Positions 37,345-47,251 of a DNA stretch of 64,000 nucleotides are shown here, piece by piece. Both the position numbers and the translations under genes were made by a program. How positions within the stretch are numbered: the first letter of the stretch is position 1; each line of letters opens with the position of its first letter. The stretch lies in contig JAJZIH010000009.1 of NCBI GenBank assembly GCA_021810635.1, positions 9,439 to 73,438 on the forward strand. Direction: 5' to 3'. The notes under the pieces were generated by a model that saw only the letters and a list, made by a program, of their open reading frames with translations, had not been told where the DNA came from and ran no database searches. This DNA comes from Pseudomonadota bacterium. GTDB lineage: Bacteria > Pseudomonadota > Gammaproteobacteria > JAKAQQ01.

Positions 37345-39284
37345 GCCGACCCTGCGCGGGACCTGCCGGACGGGTCGAGTTTGCGGACCATGGATTCCCA
37401 GAGGGGTTTCAGGCGCGGCGCCGACCCCAGTTCGGGGCGGGCGCGCTCGAGCCAGGCACGGGCACGCGGGCGCTGGCCGTGAGCCAGAAGCCAGCGCGCA
37501 CCGAGAAGCCACGGCACGGGGGTATCCCTGCGGGTGCGGGCGGCGCGCCTGAGATCGCCGAGCGCGTCCGCCAGACGTCCCCGGTGCTCGTTTTCGTAGG
37601 CCGAATAGATCCAGACCAGAAACCAGTTGTGGTCCCGCATATGGCGGGCGCGGGCCGCCTGTGCGAGCAGGATCCGCATCCGCCGTGACGGATAGCGGCA
37701 CTGGCCGGTCAGTCCGAGAATGGCGAGTCGGGTCAGCGCGTTGATCGGGTAGGTGGACAGATGATTCGCCCGGGACGGAATGAGGTCGGGGGCGAGTTCA
37801 CGGGCGGAAAGCCGGTGGTGCGCCTGGCAACGGTAGACGTCCGCCTGCAATCCGGCCCCGACGATGGCGGAATGGTCGAGCAGGGCGATCGCCCGGCGCA
37901 GATGTCCGTGCGCGTCATCGGTGGCGGCGAGGCCGGAAACCGCGATGGCCGAGCGGGGATGGTCGGCAACCCCGCTCCGGAACAGGCGCGCGGGACTGCT
38001 CCACAGTCCGGCCTGATGGAAGGTCAGCACCCAAAACAGCGACCAGACCGGGAGCGGGGCGAGGCGGATGATCCACGGATTCCATCCGGGAGGGATCTGG
38101 TGCCGGATCCGCCGGCCCAGCATCCACAGGAGATCGGCGGCCGCGAGCAGGAGGCCGAAAAGCGGCAGGTAGTTGCGATGGACGAACATGAGGTCGAGCG
38201 GAATGAAGGTGGATTCGAGGAACTGGCCGATCAAAAACCAGGCGATTCCGAAGGCCAGGAGCGGACGCCGTTTCCGGAACGCGATGGCGGCCCCCGCCAG
38301 CGCGAGGAGGGCCATGAGGGCCAAGGCCGTGGTGGGCGGGCTTGCGAGCCCGGTGGACAGCGCGATGTCGTCGTGGAAAAAGCTGACCCGTGCGGGGGTG
38401 GGCCAGAATGGCATGACGAGGTAGCGGATGAGCACCCGGGATTCGGTGAGGAGGCGTTCGGTGAACGTAAACCGGCGACCGTTGTAGCCGTCGATGATGA
38501 AGGAGCGGTCGAGGAGGGCCAGTGCCCCCAGTCCGAGCGCGAGCCCGGTCAGGACACCGTAAAACCAGCCCAAAAGGCGCCGGGTCGGCGGCGAGCCCTG
38601 GAAGTGGAAGAAGAGAAGTTCGGCCGCGAGGGCCAAAACCGGGGCGAGCGCCCCGTTTTCCTTGCTGAACAGGGCCAGGAGCGGGAAGACGAACAGGCCC
38701 ATGAGGAGGCCCGCCCAGGCCGGTTTGGAGTCCCGATTGCGGCTCCGGGCCCCGCAGTAACACCCGAGCGCCGCCAGGGTGAAGAGTGCGGACAGAACGG
38801 CCATGCGCTGGACGGTATAGAGCACCGTGGCCACCTGCATGGGCTCGATCAGGAAAAAGGCCCCGATCCAGAACCCGGCCAGGGCGGCCCCGGACCGGTC
38901 GGCGCCGGCCAGGCGGAACAGCCGGAAGGCCAGCAGGGCCGCCAGCGTACCGGCCGCGAGGTGCAGGCCGAGGTTGGTCAGGTTGAGTGCGAAGAGGCTG
39001 CCGGGCCAGAAGGCCCGGTCGAGCCAGAAGCTCAGCATGCTGACGGGACGGCCGAGCGGGCCGCTCGCGCTCCAGAACGGGTGGAGGAGTGGCCCGGGCC
39101 GGAGATAGGGGCCGAGGACGGGCCCATCGTCGTACACCAGGATTCCGGAAAGTCCCGGGAGGTAGGCCAGAATCGTGAGCAGACAGGTCGCGCCCCAAGC
39201 GACGGCCCAGATGCGGAGACCCCGGGATTGGCACTCCGGGGCTGCGGCTCCCGGCGAAGCACCGCCGGGTTCAGCCTGCCTCAT
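37227..39284 (-). CDS. GT-C fold membrane glycosyltransferase, TMTC/PMT_2-like, with C-terminal TPR-like repeats
   Basis: ~11-13 predicted TM helices. Acidic YDD motif in the first extracytoplasmic loop (LSGILVYDDGPVLG). Blocks YTVQRMAVLSALF, FSKENGALAP, FTERLLTESRVLIRYL and FVHRNYLPLFGL resemble TMTC/DUF1736 families (memory). The C-terminal ~230 aa are helical-repeat/TPR-like. The ATG at 39284 lies 14 nt inside the algC end. The longest-ORF start 39587 would run through algC. Confidence 0.65.
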   Translation of the reverse strand: MRQAEPGGASPGAAAPECQSRGLRIWAVAWGATCLLTILAYLPGLSGILVYDDGPVLGPYLRPGPLLHPFWSASGPLGRPVSMLSFWLDRAFWPGSLFALNLTNLGLHLAAGTLAALLAFRLFRLAGADRSGAALAGFWIGAFFLIEPMQVATVLYTVQRMAVLSALFTLAALGCYCGARSRNRDSKPAWAGLLMGLFVFPLLALFSKENGALAPVLALAAELLFFHFQGSPPTRRLLGWFYGVLTGLALGLGALALLDRSFIIDGYNGRRFTFTERLLTESRVLIRYLVMPFWPTPARVSFFHDDIALSTGLASPPTTALALMALLALAGAAIAFRKRRPLLAFGIAWFLIGQFLESTFIPLDLMFVHRNYLPLFGLLLAAADLLWMLGRRIRHQIPPGWNPWIIRLAPLPVWSLFWVLTFHQAGLWSSPARLFRSGVADHPRSAIAVSGLAATDDAHGHLRRAIALLDHSAIVGAGLQADVYRCQAHHRLSARELAPDLIPSRANHLSTYPINALTRLAILGLTGQCRYPSRRMRILLAQAARARHMRDHNWFLVWIYSAYENEHRGRLADALGDLRRAARTRRDTPVPWLLGARWLLAHGQRPRARAWLERARPELGSAPRLKPLWESMVRKLDPSGRSRAGSAHEPGGRRARTQVSSSPANRDQLRVPAKRRVAAARTTGS

Positions 39285-40653
39285 GCCGTTCCAGTTCGCG
39301 CAGGAGGGCCGCCGTCTCACGGACGAGCAGGCGGGGGTCGTGACGGGTCTCAATATTGAGGCGAAGCAGGGATTCGGTGTTGGACAGGCGGACGTTGAAA
39401 CGCCAGTTCTCGTATTCGATCGAAAGTCCGTCGGTGGAATCGACCGACCGGGCGCCCGGAACGTACCGTTCGGCGATCCGCGCGAGGGTGGCTTCGGGGT
39501 CGCGGACCGAGCGGTTGATCTCGCCGCTGATGGGATACCGGGCGATGCGGTCCTCGACCAGCTGGGACAGCGACCGGCCGGATTCAATCATGATCCGGGT
39601 GAGGAGGAGCCACGGAGCCATCCCGCTGTCGCAATAAAAAAAGTCCCGGAAATAGTGGTGGCCGCTCATCTCCCCGCCGTAAAGCGCCTTCCGTTCGCGC
39701 ATGGCTTCCTTGATGAAGGCGTGCCCGGACTTCGTGCACAGGGTCTCCCCGCCCGAGGCCAGGACGATCTCGCGGGTGTTCCAGACCAGGCGGGGATCGT
39801 GGACGATCAGCTCCCCGGGTGAGCCGGCGAGCAGGTGGGCGGCCAACAATCCCACGAGGTAATAACTTTCAATGAAGCGCCCGGTCTCGTCATAGAAGAA
39901 ACAGCGATCCGCATCTCCGTCCCAGGCCAGCCCGAGGTCCGCTCCCGTGGCCCGGACGAGCTGGGCGGTCTCGCTGCGGTTTTCCGGCAGGAGCGGATTG
40001 GGCACCCCGTGGGGGAACCGGCCGTCCGGCCGTTCATGGAGCCAGATCCATTCGAAGCCGAACGAGCCGGCCAGCTCCCGGACGAGTGGGCCGGCCATCC
40101 CGTTGCCGGCATTGGCGACGATCCGCAGGGGGCGTGAGGTGGCAATGCCGAAGTGTTCCGTGAGATACAGGGCCAGGGGCGAACGGATGTCGACGGTCCG
40201 GCGGGAACCGCGGGCGGACGGGCGACGGTCGGGGAGGTCCAGGCGGGCGCCGATTTCGGCGATTCCGGTGTCGGCGCTGATGGGCCGGGCTCCGCGCCGG
40301 ACCAGCTTGAAGCCGTTGTCGGCCGCCGGGTTGTGGCTGGCCGTGACCATGATGCCGCCGTCGAGTCCGAGGGATGCCGTCGCGAAATAGAGTTCTTCGG
40401 TCGTCACGGCTCCGATTTCCGTGACGCCGATGCCGTTGATGGAGAAGGTGTCGGCCAAAGCCTCCGCCAGTTCCGGACCACTCAGACGGGCATCGTAGCC
40501 GATGGCGACGTTTTCCGGGTTGAGGAAATCGGCATAGGCACGGGCCAGCCGGCGGGCGAAGTCGGCGTTGATCTCGTCGGGCACCCGGCCCCGGATGTCA
40601 TACGCCTTGAAACAAGACGGGAGGCCCGGGTGTTCGGACAGCGGGGCGGCCAC
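39271..40653 (-). CDS. algC: Phosphomannomutase / phosphoglucomutase
   Basis: FKAYDIRG, active-site TASHNPAADNGFK, GDGDADR, GGEMSGHH. The GTG at 40653 is preceded by GAGAGGAGG (4-5 nt spacing) and is preferred over the ATG at 40695. Confidence 0.93.
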   Translation of the reverse strand: MAAPLSEHPGLPSCFKAYDIRGRVPDEINADFARRLARAYADFLNPENVAIGYDARLSGPELAEALADTFSINGIGVTEIGAVTTEELYFATASLGLDGGIMVTASHNPAADNGFKLVRRGARPISADTGIAEIGARLDLPDRRPSARGSRRTVDIRSPLALYLTEHFGIATSRPLRIVANAGNGMAGPLVRELAGSFGFEWIWLHERPDGRFPHGVPNPLLPENRSETAQLVRATGADLGLAWDGDADRCFFYDETGRFIESYYLVGLLAAHLLAGSPGELIVHDPRLVWNTREIVLASGGETLCTKSGHAFIKEAMRERKALYGGEMSGHHYFRDFFYCDSGMAPWLLLTRIMIESGRSLSQLVEDRIARYPISGEINRSVRDPEATLARIAERYVPGARSVDSTDGLSIEYENWRFNVRLSNTESLLRLNIETRHDPRLLVRETAALLRELERHEAG

Positions 40654-40676
40654 AGGACCTCCTCTCAGGTTACCCT

Positions 40677-41642
40677 TCAATCTAGCACAGAGCATCCGGG
40701 GGTTGAATCCCGGCCGGACCGTCCGGGATCGAGCCAGCGGCTGGTGCGGGGAACGTGGGCCAGCCGGCTCATTTCGGAATGGGTGAGGGCGGGTCTCAGG
40801 AAATCTCCGGTGGCGAGCAGATCCGGCAGGCTGACGCCGGTCGGCAGCCCCATCCCCTCGAGCAGGTAGACCACCTCCTCGGTGGCCACATTGCCGCTGG
40901 CGCCGGGTGCGAAGGGGCAGCCGCCGAGACCGTTCAGGGAGGCGTCGACCGTGCGGATCCCGGCCTCGACTGCCGTCAGCACGTTGGCGATTCCCTGTCC
41001 GTAGGTATCGTGGAAATGGACGGCGATCCGCGCCAGCGGCACCCGGGCCCCCACCGCGTCGAGGAGGGTGCGAACCTGTTTGGGCGTACCGACTCCGATC
41101 GTGTCGCCGAGGGAAACCTCGTCCACGCCCAAGTCGAACAGGCGTTCGGTGAGCGCGGCCACCCGGGCCGGATCGATCCAGCCCTCATAGGGACAGCCGA
41201 TGGCCGTCGAGAGGTAGCCCCGGACCGGCAGCGCGCGACGGCGGGCTTCGGCAATGACCGGGGTCATGCGTTCAAACGCCCCTTCGATTCCCGTCTCGAT
41301 GTTGTGCCGGTTGAAGCTTTCGGATGCGGCCGTAAAGACGGCGATGGCATCGGGGCGGTGCGCCAGAGCCCGTTCGAGTCCGTGGAGGTTGGGCACCAGC
41401 GCGGTGTAGCGGGTGCCCGGGTGCCGCATGATCCGGTCCATGACCTCCTCCGCATCCGCGAGCTGCGGAATGCGGTCGGGACGGACGAAGCTCGTGACCT
41501 CGATGACGGGCAGCCCGGTTTTGCTCAAAGCGTCGATCCAGGCGACCTTGAGGTCGGTGGGGATGACCCGGTTTTCATGCTGCAGCCCGTCGCGGGGGGC
41601 CACCTCGACGAGAGTGACGGAATCGGTGGCGCGGGGAGTCAT
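40677..41642 (-). CDS. liuE: Hydroxymethylglutaryl-CoA lyase
   Basis: VEVAPRDGLQHE, HFHDTYGQGIANVL, GGCPFAPGASGNVATEE. Confidence 0.92.
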   Translation of the reverse strand: MTPRATDSVTLVEVAPRDGLQHENRVIPTDLKVAWIDALSKTGLPVIEVTSFVRPDRIPQLADAEEVMDRIMRHPGTRYTALVPNLHGLERALAHRPDAIAVFTAASESFNRHNIETGIEGAFERMTPVIAEARRRALPVRGYLSTAIGCPYEGWIDPARVAALTERLFDLGVDEVSLGDTIGVGTPKQVRTLLDAVGARVPLARIAVHFHDTYGQGIANVLTAVEAGIRTVDASLNGLGGCPFAPGASGNVATEEVVYLLEGMGLPTGVSLPDLLATGDFLRPALTHSEMSRLAHVPRTSRWLDPGRSGRDSTPGCSVLD

Positions 41643-43612
41643 GGCGAAGGGTCCGCCTCGAATTCAAAGAGTGGCTGGTCCATGGCGACGGCGTCGCCCA
41701 CGGCGCAGAGGAAAGTTCCGATCCGACCGGCCCGGTCGGCCTTGACCGTGTATTCCATTTTCATGCCTTCGAGGACGATCAGCGCCTCTCCCGCTGCCAC
41801 CTCCGTGCCCGGTTGAACGCGGATCTCGATGATCCGGCCCGGGAACGGGCTTACGCATCCATGAGTGCCGGTCTCCGCACCGCGCGGCCCGTCGGGGCGG
41901 GGACCGGTCCTGAGTCCGAAGACCTGGGCGATCCCCTGGCAGGCGATGTGGAAGCGGTCGCCCTGGCGGAGGATCCGGACCGGACGGAACTCGCCGTCGA
42001 CCGCGATGGAGGCGGTTTCACCGTCCCGAACGTACCCTTCCACCCGGTAGTTGCGACCGTCGCATTCGAGATTCCAGGCCCCGGGCTCGAGCCGGCGGAC
42101 GGTCAGGATCCGGTCGTGCCCCTCGTGCTCGACGAAGAGCCGGGCCTCGAGTCCGCCTACCCGGAACCCGTCCAGGCATTGCCAGGGGGATGGGGCAGGG
42201 ACCGGGGGGTCCGGGTGCAGAATCGCCCAGGCCAGGGCTGCCCAGTGGTGGAGCCCGACCGGTTGTGGCGTGAGCAGTTCATCGATCCGCTCCGCGATGA
42301 AGCCCGTGTCGAACCGGCCGTCGGCCACCAGGGGATGGTGCGCCAGCCCGGAGAGGAGGGGCAGGTTGGTCGGCAGCGGTTCCACCCAGCAGGCGGCCAA
42401 AGTCTCCCGCATCCGGGCCAGGGCCGTTGGACGGTCCGGTCCGCCCACGATGAGCTTGGCAATCAGGGCGTCATAATCGGTGCCGAGACGGTCGCCGGCG
42501 CGGAAACCGGCATCCACCCGGAGATCGGGGCTCAGGATGAAGGTCCCGAGCGGGCCGGCCGTAGGCAGGAAGCCACGGGCCGGGTCCTCGGCGTAAAGGC
42601 GGGCCTCGATGGCATGTCCCGTACACCGGACCTCCTCCTGGCGGAAGGGCAGGGGACGGCCGGCGGCCACCTCGAACTGGAGTGCGACCAGATCGAGCCC
42701 GGTCACCCACTCGGTGACCGGATGCTCCACCTGGAGCCGCGTGTTCATCTCGAGAAAGTAGAAGTCGCCGTCGGGGCCGACCACGAACTCGACCGTTCCC
42801 GCGCCCCGGTAGCCGACCGCGCGGGCAGCCTGGACCGCCGCTTCGAGCAGTGCCACGCGGGCGCTGGTGCCCACCAGGGAAGAGGGTGCTTCCTCCCAGA
42901 CTTTCTGGTAGCGGCGCTGCAGGGTGCATTCCCGCTCGAACAGGTGGACCTGGTGTCCCTGCTGGTCGCCCAGGATCTGGACCTCGATGTGGCGGGGGTG
43001 TTCGATGTAGCGTTCGAGCAATAGGGCCCCGTCCCCGAAGCTCGACTCCGCCTCGCGGCGGGCGCTGGCCAGGGCGTCGGGTAACTCTTCCGGATTCCGC
43101 ACAAGACGCATACCGCGGCCGCCGCCGCCGAAGACCGCCTTGACGAGGAGCGGGAATCCGATCGTGGCGGCAGCCTGTTCGAAGGCTGCCGGATCCGCCC
43201 CGGCACCGTCGTAGCCGGGGACCACGGGGATGCCTTCCCGTGCCATGAGAGCCTTGGCCTCGCGTTTCGATCCCATGAGGGCGATCGTCTCCGGGCGCGG
43301 CCCCACGAAAACGAGCCCGGCCGCCTCGACCTGGCGGCAGAACTCCGCCTGCTCGGACAAGAACCCGTAGCCCGGATGGACGGCTTCGGCACCGGACCGG
43401 TGGGCGGCCTCGAGCAGCCGGTCGATCGACCGGTAGGATTCGGCCGGGGCGGCCGGACCGATCGGCCAGGCCTCGTCGGCGAGGAGCGTATGCAGGCTGC
43501 CCCGGTCGGCCTCGGAATAAACCGCGACCGGGCTCAACCCGAGCGCGCGGCAGGTACGGATGATGCGGCAGGCGATTTCGCCCCGGTTGGCGATCAGGAC
43601 CTTACGGAACAT
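41639..43612 (-). CDS. liuD: Methylcrotonyl-CoA carboxylase alpha subunit (biotin carboxylase + BCCP)
   Basis: KVLIANRGEIACR, GGGGRGMR, EMNTRLQVEHPVTE, C-terminal biotinylation motif LEGMKME. Confidence 0.9.
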   Translation of the reverse strand: MFRKVLIANRGEIACRIIRTCRALGLSPVAVYSEADRGSLHTLLADEAWPIGPAAPAESYRSIDRLLEAAHRSGAEAVHPGYGFLSEQAEFCRQVEAAGLVFVGPRPETIALMGSKREAKALMAREGIPVVPGYDGAGADPAAFEQAAATIGFPLLVKAVFGGGGRGMRLVRNPEELPDALASARREAESSFGDGALLLERYIEHPRHIEVQILGDQQGHQVHLFERECTLQRRYQKVWEEAPSSLVGTSARVALLEAAVQAARAVGYRGAGTVEFVVGPDGDFYFLEMNTRLQVEHPVTEWVTGLDLVALQFEVAAGRPLPFRQEEVRCTGHAIEARLYAEDPARGFLPTAGPLGTFILSPDLRVDAGFRAGDRLGTDYDALIAKLIVGGPDRPTALARMRETLAACWVEPLPTNLPLLSGLAHHPLVADGRFDTGFIAERIDELLTPQPVGLHHWAALAWAILHPDPPVPAPSPWQCLDGFRVGGLEARLFVEHEGHDRILTVRRLEPGAWNLECDGRNYRVEGYVRDGETASIAVDGEFRPVRILRQGDRFHIACQGIAQVFGLRTGPRPDGPRGAETGTHGCVSPFPGRIIEIRVQPGTEVAAGEALIVLEGMKMEYTVKADRAGRIGTFLCAVGDAVAMDQPLFEFEADPSP

Positions 43613-43624
43613 GGCGCCGCCTCG

Positions 43625-44425
43625 TCACGAGCGTGGGGGGGTGGGCCGCCAGGCGGGCCGGCGTTTTTCGAGAAAGGCGGACAGCCCCTCCCGGCCTTCC
43701 GCACCGGCGCGGAGTTCGGCGATGAGCCGGATGGTCTCGTCGGCCAGACGGACCTCGTCGGGAAAGGTCGGGCGCAGGCGGAGCAGGAGCATCTTCGCGG
43801 CCCGCTGCGCGCGTGGCCCCCCCTTGAGCAACTCCTCCACCCACTGCGCGAGGATCGCGTCCAGAGATTCCGTCGGGGCGACCAGGTGGACCAGTCCCAT
43901 CTGCCGCGCTTGGTCGGCGTCGAAGAGCTCCCCGGTGAGCATGTAGCGCCGGAGCTGGCGATGGCCCATGGCCCGCGCGATATAGGGCGAAATGAGGGCC
44001 GGGATGAGTCCGAGGCGCACCTCGCTCAGGGCGAAGCGCGTCCCCGCAGCGGCGAGGGCGAGGTCGCAGGCGGCGATGAGTCCAAGCGCCCCGCCGAAGG
44101 CCGCGCCCTCGATCACCGCCACGGTCGGGACGGGAAAGCGGTTCAGGCGCTCGATCAGAGACAGGAGCCGCTGGGCTTCGGCCAGGTTCTCGTCGGGACC
44201 GGCCTCGGCCATGGCGCGCATGGTGGCCAGGTCCGCCCCGGAGCAGAAGGTACCGGCCGCCCCGCGGAGGAGGAGGAGGCGGAGGGTGGGGTCCTGGGCC
44301 AGGACCTCGAGACGCGCGGTGAGTTCGCGGACCAGATCGGTATCGAGCGCGTTGCGCACGGCGGGCCGGTTCAGGGTCAGTGTGACGACCTCCGCCGGGT
44401 TGCGCGTTTCGAGAAGGATGCCCAC
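43625..44425 (-). CDS. liuC: Enoyl-CoA hydratase family (methylglutaconyl-CoA hydratase by context)
   Basis: Crotonase motifs LNRPAVRNAL, FCSGADL, GAAFGGALGLIAACD. Located between the two MCCase subunit genes. Confidence 0.85.
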   Translation of the reverse strand: MGILLETRNPAEVVTLTLNRPAVRNALDTDLVRELTARLEVLAQDPTLRLLLLRGAAGTFCSGADLATMRAMAEAGPDENLAEAQRLLSLIERLNRFPVPTVAVIEGAAFGGALGLIAACDLALAAAGTRFALSEVRLGLIPALISPYIARAMGHRQLRRYMLTGELFDADQARQMGLVHLVAPTESLDAILAQWVEELLKGGPRAQRAAKMLLLRLRPTFPDEVRLADETIRLIAELRAGAEGREGLSAFLEKRRPAWRPTPPRS

Positions 44426-44427
44426 GG

Positions 44428-46035
44428 TTACATCCGGAAAACGCCGAAGCGGCCGGCCGGCCGCAGGACCGGGGCGTCGGTGACGAGGCTCAGGGCCAAG
44501 CCCAGGACGCGCCGCGACTCGCGCGGGTCGAGGATCCCGTCATCCCACAGGCGGGCCGTGGCGTAGTAGGGATGGCCCTGGGTTTCGTACTGGTTGCGAA
44601 TCCCGGACTCGAACCGGTCTTCCTCGTCCGCGGGACGCGGCGTCTCCCCGCGGGCGGAGGGACGTTCGCGACGGACCATGGCCAGGACTTGGGCGGCCTG
44701 TTCGCCACCCATGACCGAAATGCGCGCATTGGGCCAACTCCAGAGGAACCGGCTGCCGTACGCCCGCCCGGCCATGGCATAGTTGCCGGCTCCGAACGAG
44801 CCGCCGATCAGGAGGGTGAGCTTGGGCACGCTCGTGGTGGCTACGGCGTTTACCATCTTGGCCCCGTCCTTGGCGATGCCGGCCTGTTCGTACTTCTGTC
44901 CGACCATGAAGCCGCTGATGTTCTGGAGGAACAAAAGCGGGATGCCGCGCTGTTCGCAGAGTTCGATGAAGTGGGTTCCCTTGAGCGCCGATTCGGAGAA
45001 CAGGATCCCGTTGTTGGCGAGGATGCCGACCGGGTAGCCCCAGATCCGGGCGAAGACCGTGACGAGCGTCCGGCCGTAGAGCGGCTTGAACTCATCCCAG
45101 GCCGAATCGTCGACCAGGCGGGCGATGACTTCGCGCACCTCGTAGGGATAGCGCAGATCGGTCGGCAGGATGCCGTACAGTTCATCGGCTGGATAGCGGG
45201 GTTCCCGGAACGTCCGGGGAGCTCCCGCGGGCGGTGCCGGCAGGCGTCCGACCAATTCGCGGGCGAGGGCGAGTGCGTGTTCATCGTCGTCCGCAAGCCG
45301 GTCGATCACGCCGGACTGGCGGGTATGCACCTCTCCGCCCCCGAGCGTTTCGGCGTCGACGACCTCTCCCGTTGCCGCCTGGACGAGCGGCGGCCCCCCC
45401 AAAAACACCGTTCCCTGGCGGCGCACGATGATGGCCTCGTCGCACATGGCCGGCACGTAGGCGCCTCCCGCCGTGCACGAACCCATGACCAGGGCGATCT
45501 GGCTGATGCCCGACGCGGACAGCTGGGCCTGGTTGTAGAAGATCCGCCCGAAATGATCGTGGTCCGGAAACACCTCGTCCTGGAGCGGCAAAAACGCCCC
45601 GCCCGAGTCGACCAGATAGAGGCAGGGCAATCCGTTTTCGCGGGCAATGGCCTGGGCCCGGAGGTGTTTCTTGACGGTGAGCGGAAAGTAGGTCCCCCCC
45701 TTGACCGTGGCGTCGTTGGCCACCACGAGCACCGGACGACCGGCGATCCGGCCGATGCCGGTGACGAGCCCGGCCGCCGGGGCGGCGTTGTCGTAGAGGC
45801 CATCGGCCGCAAGGGGGGAGAGCTCGAGAAACGGGCTGGCCGGATCGAGCAGCCGGTCGATCCGGGTGCGGACGAAGAGCTTGCCCCGTTCCTCGTGCTT
45901 GCTCCGGGCCTGGGGTCCGCCGCCCGCCGCCGCCGCGCGGATCCGCGCCGCCAGCTGGGCGGCCAGGGACCGGTGGTGGCGGTCACGTTCCTGGTAATCG
46001 GCGTCCCGCCTTAGCGTGCTGGTCCAGGGAGTCAC
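44428..46035 (-). CDS. liuB: Methylcrotonyl-CoA carboxylase beta subunit (carboxyltransferase)
   Basis: [43 protein letters not shown]. The GTG at 46035 gives ~535 aa and does not overlap the thiolase. The longest-ORF start 46224 runs into the thiolase gene. Confidence 0.9.
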   Translation of the reverse strand: MTPWTSTLRRDADYQERDRHHRSLAAQLAARIRAAAAGGGPQARSKHEERGKLFVRTRIDRLLDPASPFLELSPLAADGLYDNAAPAAGLVTGIGRIAGRPVLVVANDATVKGGTYFPLTVKKHLRAQAIARENGLPCLYLVDSGGAFLPLQDEVFPDHDHFGRIFYNQAQLSASGISQIALVMGSCTAGGAYVPAMCDEAIIVRRQGTVFLGGPPLVQAATGEVVDAETLGGGEVHTRQSGVIDRLADDDEHALALARELVGRLPAPPAGAPRTFREPRYPADELYGILPTDLRYPYEVREVIARLVDDSAWDEFKPLYGRTLVTVFARIWGYPVGILANNGILFSESALKGTHFIELCEQRGIPLLFLQNISGFMVGQKYEQAGIAKDGAKMVNAVATTSVPKLTLLIGGSFGAGNYAMAGRAYGSRFLWSWPNARISVMGGEQAAQVLAMVRRERPSARGETPRPADEEDRFESGIRNQYETQGHPYYATARLWDDGILDPRESRRVLGLALSLVTDAPVLRPAGRFGVFRM

Positions 46036-46060
46036 GGCCTCATTTCCATGGCATGGGGGT

Positions 46061-47251
46061 TCAGGCGTCCAGCCGCTCGATCGCCACCGCGGTGGCTTCG
46101 CCCCCGCCGATGCACAAGGCAGCGATGCCGCGGCGGCCCCCGCGCCGGATGAGCGCGTGAAGCAGGGTGACGACCAGGCGTGCGCCGCTGGCCCCGATCG
46201 GATGTCCCAGTGCACAGGCTCCACCGTGAACGTTGACCCGTTCGGGATCGAGCCCGAGATCGTGGATGGCGGCCAGGGTCACCACGGCAAAGGCCTCGTT
46301 GATTTCGAGGAGGTCGATGCTCGAAAGCGGCCAGCCGGTTTGGGCCAGCAGTTTCCGGATGGCCCCGACCGGCGCGGTGGTGAACCACTCGGGGGCCTGG
46401 GCGTGACTGGCCGATCCGGCCAGCCGGGCCAGGGGCCGGAGTCCCCGGCGCTCCGCCTCGTCCGCCGTCGTGAGGAGCAGCGCGGCCGCTCCGTCCGAGA
46501 TGGAGGAGGAACTGGCCGCGGTCACGGTGCCATCCGGACGGAAAGCCGGTTTCAGGCTGCTCACCCGGTCGAGGTCGATCCGGCCCGGGCCCTCGTCGGT
46601 GCGGACGTTCACGGGTCCCTTGCGGGCCGGAACCTCGAGGGGGACGATCTCGCCGTCGAATGCGCCCGCCGCTTGGGCGGCCCGGGCCCGCTCCACGGAA
46701 CGGATCGCAAACGCGTCCTGCCGGGCCCGGTCGAAGCCGTAGCGGGCGGCACACAGTTCGGCGAACTCTCCCATGACCTTGTGGTCGGCGGCATTCTCGA
46801 GGCCGTCGTAGAGCATGTGGTCGATCAGGGTGCCATGACCCATGCGCTGGCCACTCCGGGCCTGGGCGAGCAGGTAGGGGGCCCGGCTCATGGATTCCAT
46901 CCCACCGGCGATCATAATTTTTGCTTGCCCCGACGCGAGGAGGGCGTCAGCCAGCATGAGGCTCTTCATGCCCGATCCACAGACCTTGTTGACGGTTGTC
47001 GCGCCGGTGGTTTCCGGGAGTCCGGCCATGAGGACCGCCTGGCGGGCCGGTGCCTGTCCGATGCCGGCCGGCAGGACACAGCCCACCACGGCTTCATCCA
47101 CGTCCGGGCCGAGCCCGGGGGCGGTTTCCATGAGAGCCCGGAGCACCGGGGCCAGGATCCCGGGGGCGGTGAGCGGGGCCAGACTCCCCAGGAACGATCC
47201 CAGGGGGCTCCGCCGGGCCGCCAGGATGACGCGTTCGCGCGGATCGGTCAC
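46061..47251 (-). CDS. Acetyl-CoA C-acetyltransferase (thiolase II)
   Basis: [11 protein letters not shown] (active Cys), [26 protein letters not shown]. The GTG at 47251 overlaps the ivd stop (GTGA). Confidence 0.9.
   Translation of the reverse strand: MTDPRERVILAARRSPLGSFLGSLAPLTAPGILAPVLRALMETAPGLGPDVDEAVVGCVLPAGIGQAPARQAVLMAGLPETTGATTVNKVCGSGMKSLMLADALLASGQAKIMIAGGMESMSRAPYLLAQARSGQRMGHGTLIDHMLYDGLENAADHKVMGEFAELCAARYGFDRARQDAFAIRSVERARAAQAAGAFDGEIVPLEVPARKGPVNVRTDEGPGRIDLDRVSSLKPAFRPDGTVTAASSSSISDGAAALLLTTADEAERRGLRPLARLAGSASHAQAPEWFTTAPVGAIRKLLAQTGWPLSSIDLLEINEAFAVVTLAAIHDLGLDPERVNVHGGACALGHPIGASGARLVVTLLHALIRRGGRRGIAALCIGGGEATAVAIERLDA

Noticed and set aside
36139-39359. 520-aa minus-strand ORF (antisense to the GT4 gene) and 532-aa plus-strand ORF (antisense to the GT-C gene)
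   Set aside because: These are shadow ORFs opposite genes with clear GT4 motifs and a coherent polytopic membrane profile. Their products are highly charged, repetitive, and lack motifs.
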